Part shown: in pieces, positions 34,979 to 47,000 of the stretch
Layout: every line of letters begins with the position of its first letter
Numbering within the stretch: position 1 is the stretch's first letter
Origin: Mayamaea pseudoterrestris
Lineage: Eukaryota
Assembly: GCA_027923505.1 (NCBI GenBank)
Contig: BROI01000008.1
Span: 682,001-746,000, forward strand
Direction: 5' to 3'
DNA: 64,000 nucleotides
Made by a program: the position numbers and the translations under genes
Notes under the pieces: model-generated
The model's database searches: none
Seen by the model: only the letters and a program-made list of their open reading frames with translations
What the model was told of the DNA's origin: nothing

Positions 34979-35245
34979 CGTCGAATTTCTGTGTGCAAAA
35001 CAGTTTCGTCACACTTTGAATCCTACCGGTACTCATCTCTTGTTTGGCAGAACAAGCGCCGCGCCATCACCATGGAAAACATGGAATGAAGGAACTTTAA
35101 GCAGCAGATCGCACCGATTGTCGCTCATCGATTCGGGCAAGTATCAAACCCTGTTGGAAGCTCTTCTCATTATAGGTGAAATCGGTGGAATAGCTGCTAA
35201 TCGATTGCCTGGGGCGACTACCGTAGCTCGAAGGAAAGTTAGAGT

Positions 35246-36865
35246 ATGGAAACCACAGCTGCCAGCCGATCGTCCAGGATTAGAAGGCATCCATACCAGG
35301 CAGTGAGCCCTGCACCTTCATCGGAAGCTTACTTCGATGAGACCTCTGATGAAGTTCATGAAAGTCAAGACGACACACGCGTCCACATCGACCCAAATGA
35401 CACAGCAGAACATGCAGCAATAACAATCGATGAGGCCATTGAACGACTCACCATGGGTCGCTTCCAGTACACAATACTATGCGCAAGTGGCCTTTGCTTT
35501 GCCGCCGACGCCATGCAGGTTATACTTTTGAGTTTTGTTTCGCTCGTCATGCAGCGAGAGTGGAATCTGGACAATCATCAGACAGCCCTGCTGACGTCCA
35601 TGCTCTTTGCAGGGGCCATGGTTGGCACTCTCTGTCTGGGACCATTGGCAGATCGAATTGGTCGCCGACCCGTGTTTCTGATTGCTGCATCCATCATTTG
35701 TTTCTTTGGAATGCTTCTGGCGGCGTGTGCAAGTTACTTGTCTGCTCTCTGCACCATTCTTGGAATTGGCTTTGGTGTCGGTGGCTTGACGATCCCCTTT
35801 GATACACTCGCCGAATTTTTGCCGGCAAAGGGTCGTGGCACCAATCTGCTACTCATTGAATACTTTTGGACTGTGGGATGCCTCTATGTTGTTGCTGCGG
35901 CGTATTGCACATTACAAGGAGCAGATGCGCAATGGCAAAAGTTGGTGCTTCTTTGCAATCTGCCATGCGTCGCAGCCCTCATCATTGGATACGTGTGCGT
36001 GCCTGAGAGTCCAAGGTGGCTGGTCTCTCGAGGCAGATGCGATGAAGCGCTGCACGTGCTGCGAAAGGTGGCAAAAATAAATGGACTTGATGCCCAAACT
36101 GTCTTTCCCCAAGGCCTTGAACTTGCGCAGGAGGAACATGGGCCGGAAGCGACAATCGCTGATCTTTTGCAACCAGAATGGAGGGCGATAACATTGTGTT
36201 TGTGGGGCACCTGGTGTGGATTTGCATTTGGTTACTACGGTGCCATCTTGACAATTACCAAGGTGTTCAAATCCAGTGATAGTTCACCATCGACAACAAG
36301 TCCCTATTCATTTGACTACTCGGCCATTTTTGTAAGTAGCTCGGCCGAAATTCTCGGGACAACTCTTGCTATTCTTGCCATTGATCGGCTCGGGCGTATT
36401 CCGTCTCAGGTCGCCTCTTACGTGGCAGCTGGCATCTCAATTTGTCTTCTGGGTATACTGTCCGAGGAGCACGCTTCTCGCAATATCTTGGTCGCACTTG
36501 GCTTCTTAACACGAGTATTTGAAATGTGTGGAACATGCTCCACATGGGTTGGGACGGCTGAGATCCTCACGACCGAAGTTCGCACCACTGGACATAGTGC
36601 CGCCAACGCCGTTGCTCGGATCGGTGCCTTTGTATCTCCGTTTGTGATTGCCGACAACAGCCCGCGGAACATTGGACTCGTCATGTTGCTCGTGCATTTG
36701 TTCACGGCAGCATGCGTCTCCAAGCTCCCCGAAACGAAAGGCAAATCATTAGGTGCTTCTAATCCAAGCGTCGAGGATGGAAATGACGTTTTGCTGGATC
36801 AAAACAATGCCGACATTTTTCACGCTGATGAGTGCACTATCGAGGGCACGTCAGCTTTAACGTAA
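35246..36865 (+). CDS. MFS transporter, SVOP/SV2-like
   Basis: GRFQY...FAADAM, ADRIGRR, PESPRWL, DRLGR and LPETKG, with multiple TM helices. Confidence 0.9.
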   Translation: METTAASRSSRIRRHPYQAVSPAPSSEAYFDETSDEVHESQDDTRVHIDPNDTAEHAAITIDEAIERLTMGRFQYTILCASGLCFAADAMQVILLSFVSLVMQREWNLDNHQTALLTSMLFAGAMVGTLCLGPLADRIGRRPVFLIAASIICFFGMLLAACASYLSALCTILGIGFGVGGLTIPFDTLAEFLPAKGRGTNLLLIEYFWTVGCLYVVAAAYCTLQGADAQWQKLVLLCNLPCVAALIIGYVCVPESPRWLVSRGRCDEALHVLRKVAKINGLDAQTVFPQGLELAQEEHGPEATIADLLQPEWRAITLCLWGTWCGFAFGYYGAILTITKVFKSSDSSPSTTSPYSFDYSAIFVSSSAEILGTTLAILAIDRLGRIPSQVASYVAAGISICLLGILSEEHASRNILVALGFLTRVFEMCGTCSTWVGTAEILTTEVRTTGHSAANAVARIGAFVSPFVIADNSPRNIGLVMLLVHLFTAACVSKLPETKGKSLGASNPSVEDGNDVLLDQNNADIFHADECTIEGTSALT

Positions 36866-37239
36866 CATTTTGGGACAAAATAAATCAACCGATACATTCT
36901 TTTGCTTTAACATCAAGCATTACCCGGCTTGGTTTTGCTCAGTAACTTAATTATGAGCACTATGATGAGCTTGGCTTGACAGACTGTTTCCGCTTGGTTG
37001 CTACCCTAGGAATTTTCACAAGGGACTCACATTTGACACATTGGGTTCGGTGGTTCAGCTCTGTGCTTTCTTTTCATGATGGCAGTCATTCACAGTCACT
37101 ACCGATACAGCATGGGCCATGGGCAATGGTCGCAAGTTGTGGCTCCGGTTTGACAACACTAATCGCTTGACTCTCTGTCTCCTTCATGTTTAATATAATC
37201 TACATTGCCTTGACCATCACTGGAACGTTTCCTCTTCGA

Positions 37240-37806
37240 ATGTCAACGTTTCTTCTTTGTCTCGCAGCGCTTCAAATGATGCATTTCAGCTCGCGCGCAT
37301 CCGCATTCATCCTGCGTCCTTCCTACAAGGCTCAGAAGTTATCATCGCAGAGATACCGAAGCTTGCCGTTATCCTCGGGGAATGCTTTAGTATCATCATC
37401 TGGCTACTCCGACGCGGAGGTCGGCGAGATGGAGTCACTGATTCTGAACCTGTCCAACCTGCCGACTGACGAATCAAGGCGGACGAAAGTCGCTCAGATA
37501 TTCAACGAGACCTTTTCTGCTTCTGCAGATGGTTTAAACAAGTCCAAACGGTTCTGTGAATTATTTGATATAATCTTGATTCGTGTTGGGGATCAGGTGC
37601 GAAGGGAAGCGGCAGAGCCGATGGGCGTTGCTGCGAGCGACTCGGATGCCACTGCCTCTGAAGTAGCTGCTATTAACCCAAAAGTTGAGCGCACCAAGAC
37701 CAAGGAGGAACTTCAATTATGGGCGCTAGTTGACATGATGGTGCAATCTAAAACGCTCGTCAAGCGGGCGACTGGAGAACTCGGCAAGGATGGTGCTTTT
37801 GGATAG
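37240..37806 (+). CDS. Hypothetical protein with a bipartite plastid-targeting presequence
   Basis: Signal peptide ending ASA-F followed by an S/R-rich transit region. No domain recognised. Confidence 0.65.
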   Translation: MSTFLLCLAALQMMHFSSRASAFILRPSYKAQKLSSQRYRSLPLSSGNALVSSSGYSDAEVGEMESLILNLSNLPTDESRRTKVAQIFNETFSASADGLNKSKRFCELFDIILIRVGDQVRREAAEPMGVAASDSDATASEVAAINPKVERTKTKEELQLWALVDMMVQSKTLVKRATGELGKDGAFG

Positions 37807-38096
37807 AGTAAAGCTTGTAAAATTTGCTTCTAGACACTTCATTTATTTAAATCTTACTCATTGTTTAAATGCTTATACCTACCAGTAGTTCCGTAAGCCT
37901 TCTTACACGCTGTCCTGGAGAAACTAACTTTGGCATTCGTACGATAGCTAGCGTTAACTTTAACTCCATTGTGTGTGCGAGAAAAACGGTTGAACGGTCA
38001 TGCAGCATGGTGCCCATGTTCCCGATGTTCAAGGTGACGAGCGAGCGGCACGGTGAGAAGATTCTATAGTAGCAACAAGGAACGATCAATTGCGCC

Positions 38097-39944
38097 ATGA
38101 ACAGCAATCCCTTTGGTGTTCCACCGCCAGCCCCTGTTCATACGGGTGTTACGTCTCCATCGTCAGCCATGGTGAATCCGTTTGATCCACTCGCTCCGCC
38201 TTTAGCCGATCCGTTTGGACAAGCGCCACCGATGCAGCCGACTCCCACGAGTGCCAGTGGTGGCGGAGCCAATCCATTTGCGTCTCCAGTTTCGACGGTG
38301 ACAGCATCGGCTTCCTATGCATCTCCATTTCAGCCAGCGGCGTCTGCTCCGACTCCTCCAGTTCAGCAGCTGCAGCAGCAGCAGCAACCGTCACCAGCCT
38401 CCTACGACACGGCACTGGTTCCTTCGCAATATCAGTCCAATCCTTACGGAGGAATGGTAATGTTGGGTGGCCAATCGGCTCCTCCGGCGCAAAGTCAAGC
38501 AACCAACAATTACCAGTGGGGATTGGATGCGGGCGCGGCTCCGTCTGCGTACGGACAGCAAGGAGGGTCATTTTCCAATGAGCAGCAGGCATTTGATTAC
38601 TCGGCGCAGGCTCCATCGCCGACAAATTATCAACAGCATCAGCAGTTGCAACCGACATTGACGGAGTCGCAGCGTCCGCCGAGTCCACCGAAGCAACATG
38701 ACCCATCGTCGCCATCAACGGCCATGACAAACTACCAGAAACCGAAATCAGTCGACGTTCCCATTGAATCCAAAGAAATTCGCCCAACTGCCTATGAGTA
38801 CGGTCAGCGCGAAGTACCTTCGGACGAACACCGTCGCGAGGATGAATTTAAAAACTATGTCAATCCCTACAGGGGCGACTTGGCGCGCGAAGCACCCATG
38901 GGGTCGAGTCCCTTGCCCAAGCCAGACTTGGTTCGCAAAAAGGGTTACGTCTTGTCGAGAATCTCATTTAGAACCATTGTTATGAAGAAGTGGAAGCAGT
39001 CGTTTTGGGTTCAGTAAGTAGATTGCGTTACTTTTAATGTCATATTACGGCATTCAACTAACCTGCATTCACTAACGTTGACGTCAGGTACGGTCCTCAT
39101 ACGATGCTTTGGTTCCGCAACGAATCCGACTTTTCCGACTGGCTAAACAATCCCTACCACGACCAGGCAACTCGCAATTTTTTAATCAAACTTGCAGTCA
39201 ACTTTGTCCACGACTTGTACAAGCCAAATGTTCGGGGATATCAAGTGACGCAATGTCGCACCAAGGCGTATGGAAACAAGATGGTGCGTCAGTTCAAATT
39301 GGAGCGATGGATGGATTATGGGCCGACAATTGCGGCGGCATTTGGTTCATATGACCCAAAGGAAGTGGACGAGCTGAGATCTGCCATTGTCGAGTGCATG
39401 CGCAACACTCCGCTCAATTCTGGCATTCGGGCGACGGGAGCAGTTCGTCAGAACCGACCGGATGGTGAAGAGGAAGCAAGTCATGATAGACATGATGATG
39501 ACCGTCGCGGTTACGCCAGTAATTCAGGTGATGGTGAGCGCTTGTCGTCGCAGGAGAATTTGAAATCGGCTCCATCCGCGGAAGAGTCGGTCGAGGCGGT
39601 GGAAGAGGATTTGATGGATGTTAACAATTGGGATGACGTTCCTACTGGTACGCAACATCCGTCGATGGGATATGGCCAGCAGCAACAACAGCCGCCAGTG
39701 AACGCTGCCTATGGTGTGCCTCTTCCTACATATCCGTATGCGCAACCTCCACCACCGCCGCCTCACCAGTACGCGCAACAACAATCACCACCGCAGCAGC
39801 ATCAGAGTGTTTACCAGCAACAAGGCGCCATGGTTCCATTTGCTGGTGCACCTAGTCCCTATCCCGGTGCGCCTCCGCCGCCGCAGCAACAACAATACGT
39901 CGCAGACCCCTGGGCAGGCCAGGCCCAACCGTATCCAGCGCAGC

Positions 39945-39975
<31 letters not shown>

Positions 39976-40024
39976 GCAGAGTTATGGTCCGCCGCCTCCG
40001 CAGTACAATAGGCCGGCGTACTAG
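38097..40024 (+). CDS. Pro/Gln-rich protein with a central PH-like domain and NPF/DPF/DPW motifs; intron 39014-39087
   Basis: RKKGYVLSR...KKWKQSFWVQYGPHTMLWF PH-like start, low-complexity flanks, and an in-frame splice. Confidence 0.7.
39944..39973 (+). repeat. (CAA)10 coding microsatellite (poly-Gln)
   Basis: Read directly; the copy at 59944-59973 has the same length. Confidence 0.9.
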
Positions 40025-40072
40025 TCAGTGGTGTATACGTGTAGAAAGTGTTTCTTGACTCGTGTGTACTTT

Positions 40073-41170
40073 TTATTTATGCCTTCTCTTATGATGCAAC
40101 GTTACATGCAAGTCTCGAATCGACTGTATGACTTCTCTTGTCACTGGTACCAATTTCGCTTCAGCTGTAGCAGCGCATGCGGTCGGCATGTCCGCGGGCT
40201 GAAGAGAAAACACATATGTGCATGCGTCATGAACGGGAAAGCTCCTGCGATCCAACGCCTTTCGTGGTATGTATGGGTGTAGAAGGCAACGATCAAGTAC
40301 AATGCGGCCTACATGATGGTATACATTGCCGTTGGCGTCCTCTAGCTCACGAGCCACATCTTCAATCCGCCATTGATTGAAAGGAGGCTATGTAAATATA
40401 CAAAGAAAACTGTCAGTGACAAGCAGGTTGCAACAAATGCAGGCCGAAGCTGCAGCACACGGCATGGTTCTTACCTTTGTCTTGTGGTTCATGTGGATTT
40501 GACAGCGAGGCGATGCAAAGCTAGCAGCACTTTTTAGAAACCTCCTGACAAGGTCCTTATTCAACTCCATTTCCTTGTTTTGACCATCTTGCCCTTTGCA
40601 AATTGCCGAGCACGGGAAATTCCAGATAATTCTATCAAACTTGACATTGCTATCGCTAGAAAGAGGTAGGGTGCTGGCAAGATTTGTCGCGTCAACTTGA
40701 AAGAAGATGGAAACTCCAAGACTCTCAAGTTCTTTCAGCGTCTTCTCAATGTGAGGATACACGGTCTCCACTGTTCTGCGACTTTCGTAACTGGTAGCCG
40801 TGAGCGTCACGCCAAGTCGAGCCAGCGCCAAGCTAAAGGAAAAGTCGCCGTCGCCAACCGTGAGTACCTTCAAACCAGGTCCGTATCCGAGAATTTCTGT
40901 ATAGGCGTCATAAGAGTTTCTATTCGATCTTGGACAAAGTTCCGGTCGTTGGTTGGGTACGATTCGGCAAAACTCCTCGTCCAAGGCAACGTCAAAGCAG
41001 CAAATCTTGTAAGCGCATGGAACGCATCGTTGCGACGAGGCACAATTCAACGTTCGATCCGACACCCATAGATTGCGGCAGTCTCGCGTCGGAAAACTTG
41101 CATTTTTGTTAGACGATGCCTTGTGCTCCAACCTAGCTCGCTTTGCTGTGCAATGCTGATGATCTGACAT
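40073..41170 (-). CDS. 25S rRNA uridine-N3 methyltransferase BMT5-like (DUF2431); intron 40388-40474
   Basis: VLTVGDGDFSFSLAL, ATSYES, FQVDAT and FDRIIWNFPC. Spliced HKTKPPFNQW...YIPRKALDRRSF. Confidence 0.85.
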
Positions 41171-41415
41171 GAGTATAATGCAACTCGTTTGGGTATTTAT
41201 GGTTGAGAACAAAGTCATGTCATGGTACAAGTTACAAGTAAGCGGTGGAGGGACGAGCACGCATCCCTATCGTACCGGTTTTAAAAATGTGTCGCTGTGC
41301 GACATCTTGCATGCACCGCGCCCGCGTCCAGCAGCCCGTGGCATGACCATTATCTCAGAAAACCACCATTTGCCTCCACGATTAATCGAATTAGATGTAA
41401 AAAAGCCTTGGACCC

Positions 41416-42885
41416 ATGCAGCACGAGATTCCATCGCAAGAATTTGCGCAATTGAAGAAAGATTCGATGTCTGAAGACGTGGAAGCGACAGGTACTAATG
41501 AAGATTTGCCAGTGAGCAGTAACGTCGACGAGCCACCACAAAAGAACGTCGCCAATGATAGAACAGAAAATGGTCGTCCTCCAGCGGAGTTTAAAATCGG
41601 TGAGGTGGTTTACGCGGCTGATGAAAACGATTTGATTTACGAGGCGACGATTCGTCGCAAACTCTACGGAGTCAACTACCAGAAAAAAGTGGTTGCCGGC
41701 ATGGTAACATCAGTCGAGGAAGCTAACGCGCTTCTGGCTCAACAAGAACTTCCGGTATGGCATTACTTTGTGCATTACCATGGCTGGAGCGTCAAATGGG
41801 ATCGGTGGACTTCAGCTTCTAAAATTTTTGTTCATTCAGATGCGTCCAAGGCGCTTGCTAAACGGCTGCAGGAGGAATATCGCAAGGTTAGGGATGAGCT
41901 TTCTGGTTTAGCCAAAGGAAAGAGACCACGAAAAGTGACTGCAGAGGAACTTTTGCCAGTGTGGAAGTCATCGATGTTAAAGATATACAGGGCCTTTGAG
42001 CTGCGCCAAAATCAGACGGAAGAGGAGCAAGCGGAAGCAGCGAACGATGGCATTGCCATACCCAATGTAGTTACTGCGCCACACATAGAGCTTCCCGTTT
42101 TCACCAACAATACCAATCAGTGTAAAGGAGAAGATATCCGCGATGCTGCGCTGCATACTGAACTGGCATTTCGGAAGAAAGGCCTCACGAGCTTGCACAT
42201 TTACGGCGCCTTCATACCTCTTCCAGTTACGCTTAAGCGAATTCTTGTCGACGCATGGGAAAATATCACCCAGTGCAGCTCAGTTCCAATTCTTCCAGCG
42301 AAAGTTAGCGTCAAAGATGCTCTAAACCTTTACATACAACGCAAGGGAGTTGAGCTCGAGTGCGCCACAGTTGATGCTGAGCTAAATGACGCGAACGCGT
42401 CCGCTTCCGCTGCTAGCCTTCACGATATAAATGCGAACAAGCAGCAATGGATTGACATGATAGATGGCATTTGCCAGTATTTTGACGAGACACTTCCTTG
42501 TCACCTCTTGTATGCGGAGGAATTGGCCCAACTTCACACCATGTGCGCGGACGATGAAACAAACATCGAATCCTATTCGGAAATTTACGGGTGTGAACAT
42601 TTACTTCGACTGTTGACGAGGTTGCCGGCGCTACTCCTCGACAATGCCGCCGAGCAGGAGCTGCGTCCGATCCTTGCCAAGGTGAATGACTTTGTTCGCT
42701 TCATGCACAAGAGTGATTCGCTGTGGGCGTTGAGCTACCGACCATTAAATGACGCGGAGCTTGGTGAGAAGATAAAGTTGGAAAAGATGAAAGATACAAA
42801 AAGAAAGCGCGATACCAAGTCTGATGCTATGGGAGATTTTTCTTCTGAAATGGGAGGCAAGCGACAGATGACTGTGCCGGATTAG
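41416..42885 (+). CDS. EAF3: MRG15/Eaf3 family chromatin protein (chromo-barrel plus MRG domain)
   Basis: YFVHYHGWSVKWDRW, LKRILVDAWENIT, LLYAEE and SEIYGCEHLLRL. The start may be 41468. Confidence 0.85.
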   Translation: MQHEIPSQEFAQLKKDSMSEDVEATGTNEDLPVSSNVDEPPQKNVANDRTENGRPPAEFKIGEVVYAADENDLIYEATIRRKLYGVNYQKKVVAGMVTSVEEANALLAQQELPVWHYFVHYHGWSVKWDRWTSASKIFVHSDASKALAKRLQEEYRKVRDELSGLAKGKRPRKVTAEELLPVWKSSMLKIYRAFELRQNQTEEEQAEAANDGIAIPNVVTAPHIELPVFTNNTNQCKGEDIRDAALHTELAFRKKGLTSLHIYGAFIPLPVTLKRILVDAWENITQCSSVPILPAKVSVKDALNLYIQRKGVELECATVDAELNDANASASAASLHDINANKQQWIDMIDGICQYFDETLPCHLLYAEELAQLHTMCADDETNIESYSEIYGCEHLLRLLTRLPALLLDNAAEQELRPILAKVNDFVRFMHKSDSLWALSYRPLNDAELGEKIKLEKMKDTKRKRDTKSDAMGDFSSEMGGKRQMTVPD

Positions 42886-43204
42886 ACACACCTCCTGTTT
42901 GATCTGTGCTTCCACTAATCTGGTATCAGGTCGGTGCCATATAAAAGTGTAGTCTATTACAATCTTCTGCTGGTATGTACAGAGTTTGAATTATTTACCG
43001 CACATAACTTACATCGTCTATGTACTGGGACGATGGGAAAAGGTGTGTCGCGGCAGGTCGTTCTTATCCCGTTGTGACACTTTCGGCATCTTCCTCGACG
43101 AAGACGCTCTTCATTTTCACGAAGTAACTTCATTACACGCTGTTTTTAATCCGATTGCTGTAAGGAACTAACTGTTGAATTGGGGTGAACTTTAAAAGGG
43201 AATC

Positions 43205-43963
43205 ATGGCATATGAAAAACGATGGAACGCTCATTCGTTGATCGCCAGCCAGATCTTTCTGTCAGGCATTTTCGCGCTGCTTCGGTTATGTCACACAGCC
43301 GCACATGGACCAGTTCCCATTGACCTAGGAACAACTTTGATTGCACTCAAATACAAAGATGGTGTCGTTGTCGCCGCTGACACTCGAACTTCCATGTCAA
43401 GCTACGTGAGTCACCGATCGGCCGACAAGATTGTTCCAGTCTCCTCGCATTGTCTTGTTGCTCGGTCAGGCAGTGCGGCTGACACACAGATGTTGGCGCA
43501 CGTTACAACGCAACATATTCTAGAACGCTTTTATAAACATGGAATGGTTTCTACAGTTTCGCAAAGTGCAAGGCTGATGGAAAATCTGGTGGGGTCGTCC
43601 TCGAACGAGTTGGGTGTGAGTTTACTAATCGCTGGCTACGACAAGGAGAGCTGTGCTAGTAAAATTTACAGCTTAGCAGCCAGTGGAGCGCTGTTGGAAG
43701 AAGGAACTTTTGCTATTGCAGGCTCTGGGTCGTCTTTTATCTCGGGATACATGGATACGCATGCCGTCGGAGGCTCAGAAATCTTGGACGAAGCGGCAGC
43801 GATTCGAGTATGTCAACACGCGATGCAGCTGGCCATGACGCGAGATGCTTCCTCGGGAGGCTTTATTCGCATCTTCGTATGTAATGATAAGGGATGTCGG
43901 CAGGAAACCAATCGTCCCGCGTCATTGCAAGTTGATGCAGGTGCAGATCGCAGAGTTTCATGA
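43205..43963 (+). CDS. PSMB6: 20S proteasome beta-1-type subunit with a signal-peptide-like leader
   Basis: DLG|TTLIALKYKDGVVVAADTRTS, RSGSAADTQ, AGSGS and RDASSGG. Confidence 0.85.
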   Translation: MAYEKRWNAHSLIASQIFLSGIFALLRLCHTAAHGPVPIDLGTTLIALKYKDGVVVAADTRTSMSSYVSHRSADKIVPVSSHCLVARSGSAADTQMLAHVTTQHILERFYKHGMVSTVSQSARLMENLVGSSSNELGVSLLIAGYDKESCASKIYSLAASGALLEEGTFAIAGSGSSFISGYMDTHAVGGSEILDEAAAIRVCQHAMQLAMTRDASSGGFIRIFVCNDKGCRQETNRPASLQVDAGADRRVS

Positions 43964-44002
43964 CGGCTGGATTAGTTTTGATCAAGCACAAAAGAATAGC
44001 CT

Positions 44003-47000
44003 CTATGTAATACTTTTCTTTGCGTCACTAGTGTTATCCATTTGTGGATCTTTGATAGCACCCGGCAAACAAAAACGCATTATTGCTGGGACAGGATCAG
44101 GGACTGTCAAACGAACTTTCCTACCTTGGCCATCGACCTCAACGGTTACAACAAATGAGTCTCCCGTCTTCGATCCCTCCGGCACTTTTATATCAAACGA
44201 CTTATCCATGCTGATATCCGAAGCTTTCCGCTTCCGCTTTTGAATTGGCTTTCTCGAATAGTAATTACCAGATAGGTTCGGGAAGAGCTTCTTACTGTGA
44301 TTTAGTGACGAGCGGAGCAGGGACGTCTGGCGAGAGTCGCCATTCCAGTCTGCTAGCTGGTCATGGATCAGTGGACCATTGCTAAATTGCGCATATGTCT
44401 CGATTAAAGAAAGGGCGACGGCCTTGATTGGGTCGAACATATGGTGAATCGTCCATAAGCGGAAGCATTTCGCGAGAGCTTCTTCCGAGCAGTTGAGGCG
44501 GAGGAAGCATGAATAAGCAGTTTTAAGACTTCTTTCTTTAGCGAATTCTGATAATAGCTTGCCTGCTTGAACGTCTTGTACTATGAGTTGAGCAAGACAA
44601 CCATTAGCATGCCGTTTAACAGTCGTCAGAAAGAAATGCGACGACAGCGACCGGGTCGGCAATAAACGATCACTGGAATGGTGCACCTGGGGAGCACCTC
44701 CTTGTGCCTTGGCACTTGCTGCGAAGAAAGAAGGCAGATCGCGGCCAGCCCCATAGAAAAATTTCATGAGCGTCTCGATGTCGTCTCGACGACTGCATAG
44801 TCGCAACAGGTTTAAGTATGCCAATATATATTTTCCTCGGAGACGATCGTATTTCCGGACTGTCTGATTTAGTACAGCAAATGGCGATGCGGAGCCCGTC
44901 GTTACCCAAACCGCGCAAAGTTGAGGCCGCCGCTTTTCAAAGAGAACGCTTAGAACCGTTGCTGCACTTGAATACGCGTTCGACGAGTTAAACCCTCGAA
45001 GCTTGGCCGCCTTTGACGCCGACACAGTACCAGCGCTGCCGCGACACCACTGGTCGATAGGGTTGTCCAATACAGGTGCCCACAAAAGCGCCTGAGCATG
45101 TCGATACACTGAACGGTGAAAATAAGAGAAGTCAAGTCTACATCTGGCAAGCGCATCGACAACGTCTGTGAGGACCGTCCAAACCCTTTCACGGACGCCC
45201 GACTGCCGATGCACAGGATCAGAGTAGAAATTCATTTCCGTGAGTCGAAGTGCCTCGGTTTCGGCCAAATACCGTTCGCCTTCCTGGTGGTTCACACCAT
45301 AAATGAGGCATTTCAGACGCAACGCATGCAAGCGATAAAGTACCTCGGCAGAACCGTGATCGCTTCCTCCGTTCTGTTCCGCATTAAGCAATCCTCCCTT
45401 TTCGACTGCCAAAGAGACTTCTAGGGAATACGCGTATTCAAGTAATGCAGTCTTCATATGAACTTCATATCTTCGAATGGTGTCTGGGCCGCTTATTGTC
45501 CCACTAAAGGATTCATTCCGAAATGTGTTCGCAATCTTCTCGTGGCACTTTCCTTGCATAAATCGAAGGCCGTACTTGTGCAGCCTAATGTCACCATCAT
45601 GTGTCAGAGCAGCGTCGGCCCTCGCAAAACACTCCAACGCGACTTCTGCAAGATCACGTTTACGCTTACTTGTAAGAGCACTCATGGGACACCCATAGCG
45701 CTGACACCCTGAGAGTTCCGAGTACATCACGACACCCAAACATTCCATACATTCAGAAAGCATTTGCTTCGACTCATTATTTGAAACATCTGTGTCTTGA
45801 GCAAGAATGTAGAGAGCAAGACATATGCATCGGGTAGCGATTATACGTAAGGAGGCGACGAACAAACCTCCCCATGTCTGTTGCCAGTTACTGACGTCCT
45901 CATTTTCTATACACGATAGTTTCAAGCATAGTAAGCGCTCATTTGTTTCATTGTCATCAATGCAGGGGTCGCGATAGAATGCTGCAGCTTCGGCGGAACA
46001 TGCTTGCAGTGAAGCGAATGAAGACCAGATATATCTTGTGTAAAGGGAGAGGTTCGCGCCAATTGAGCTTACCCAACCTTCACCTTTATAATTCGACTCG
46101 TTTTCATGCTCCTGCAGTAGCTCCGGCAGTCTGCGGCGACGCCCCAATGCCACTGGACGCTCAGGGACTGTAAAGCAACTGTTGTGATTGTCACTGCGAC
46201 TAGGGCCAATTCGATCAGCAATGAGATTTGCCTTCTCCACGATGCATTGCGCGGCTTTGTACCAGCCACGAAAATCGCTTGCATCTCCAAGCCAAAGACT
46301 TTCAAGAATAGCATTGAATTTTTTGGACAACTCCTCCTCGATTCTTATTGATTCGGCCCTATCGCAGTCGTTTGCCTGCTCTGGTAGCGCTCCTTGCGCA
46401 AGTAGTTGCGAAATTCCACGCCGAACAATACTTGTTGCTTCGTCCTCGCTTTCTCGCGTGCCATTTTTATTAAAAACATTTCTTACTTTTGTAAATGGTA
46501 GCTCCCAATACTCACTGCGATTAATAATAGCACGTACTTCTGAGAGGGGATTACATGATTGTCGCGAGAATAGATACGTCTGTATATCGTCCCGCTGAGC
46601 CCCATCCTCCGAGGAGAGCGGTGGGAGCGCATCCAGAATAACATCCAGAGCTGCCTTGGGTGGTGACTTCCTTCCTTGGGAGTAAGCTCGCATGATGCAT
46701 CGATATAGCGCTATAGCTGCATTGAGATTCTCAGGCTTGTACTGATGTACCTTCAAAGGACTACAACTCGGCGCTACTACGTCCTTTATTTCGTTGTTGT
46801 TAGTGAGGATGACGCGATGGAGACACTTGTACGCTTTATAAAGTAGCCTGTCCAGCAACGCGCCTATCGTTCTGGTACCAAATGGATAGTCGTTCCAGAT
46901 TGCTTTTTGGCGGGTAGAATCGTCGCCGTCAGCAAACGCAATGAGAAGCTTGTCGGCGATCCAATTAAGAACGCGCGCGACCACAAGAGGCAGCAATGGG

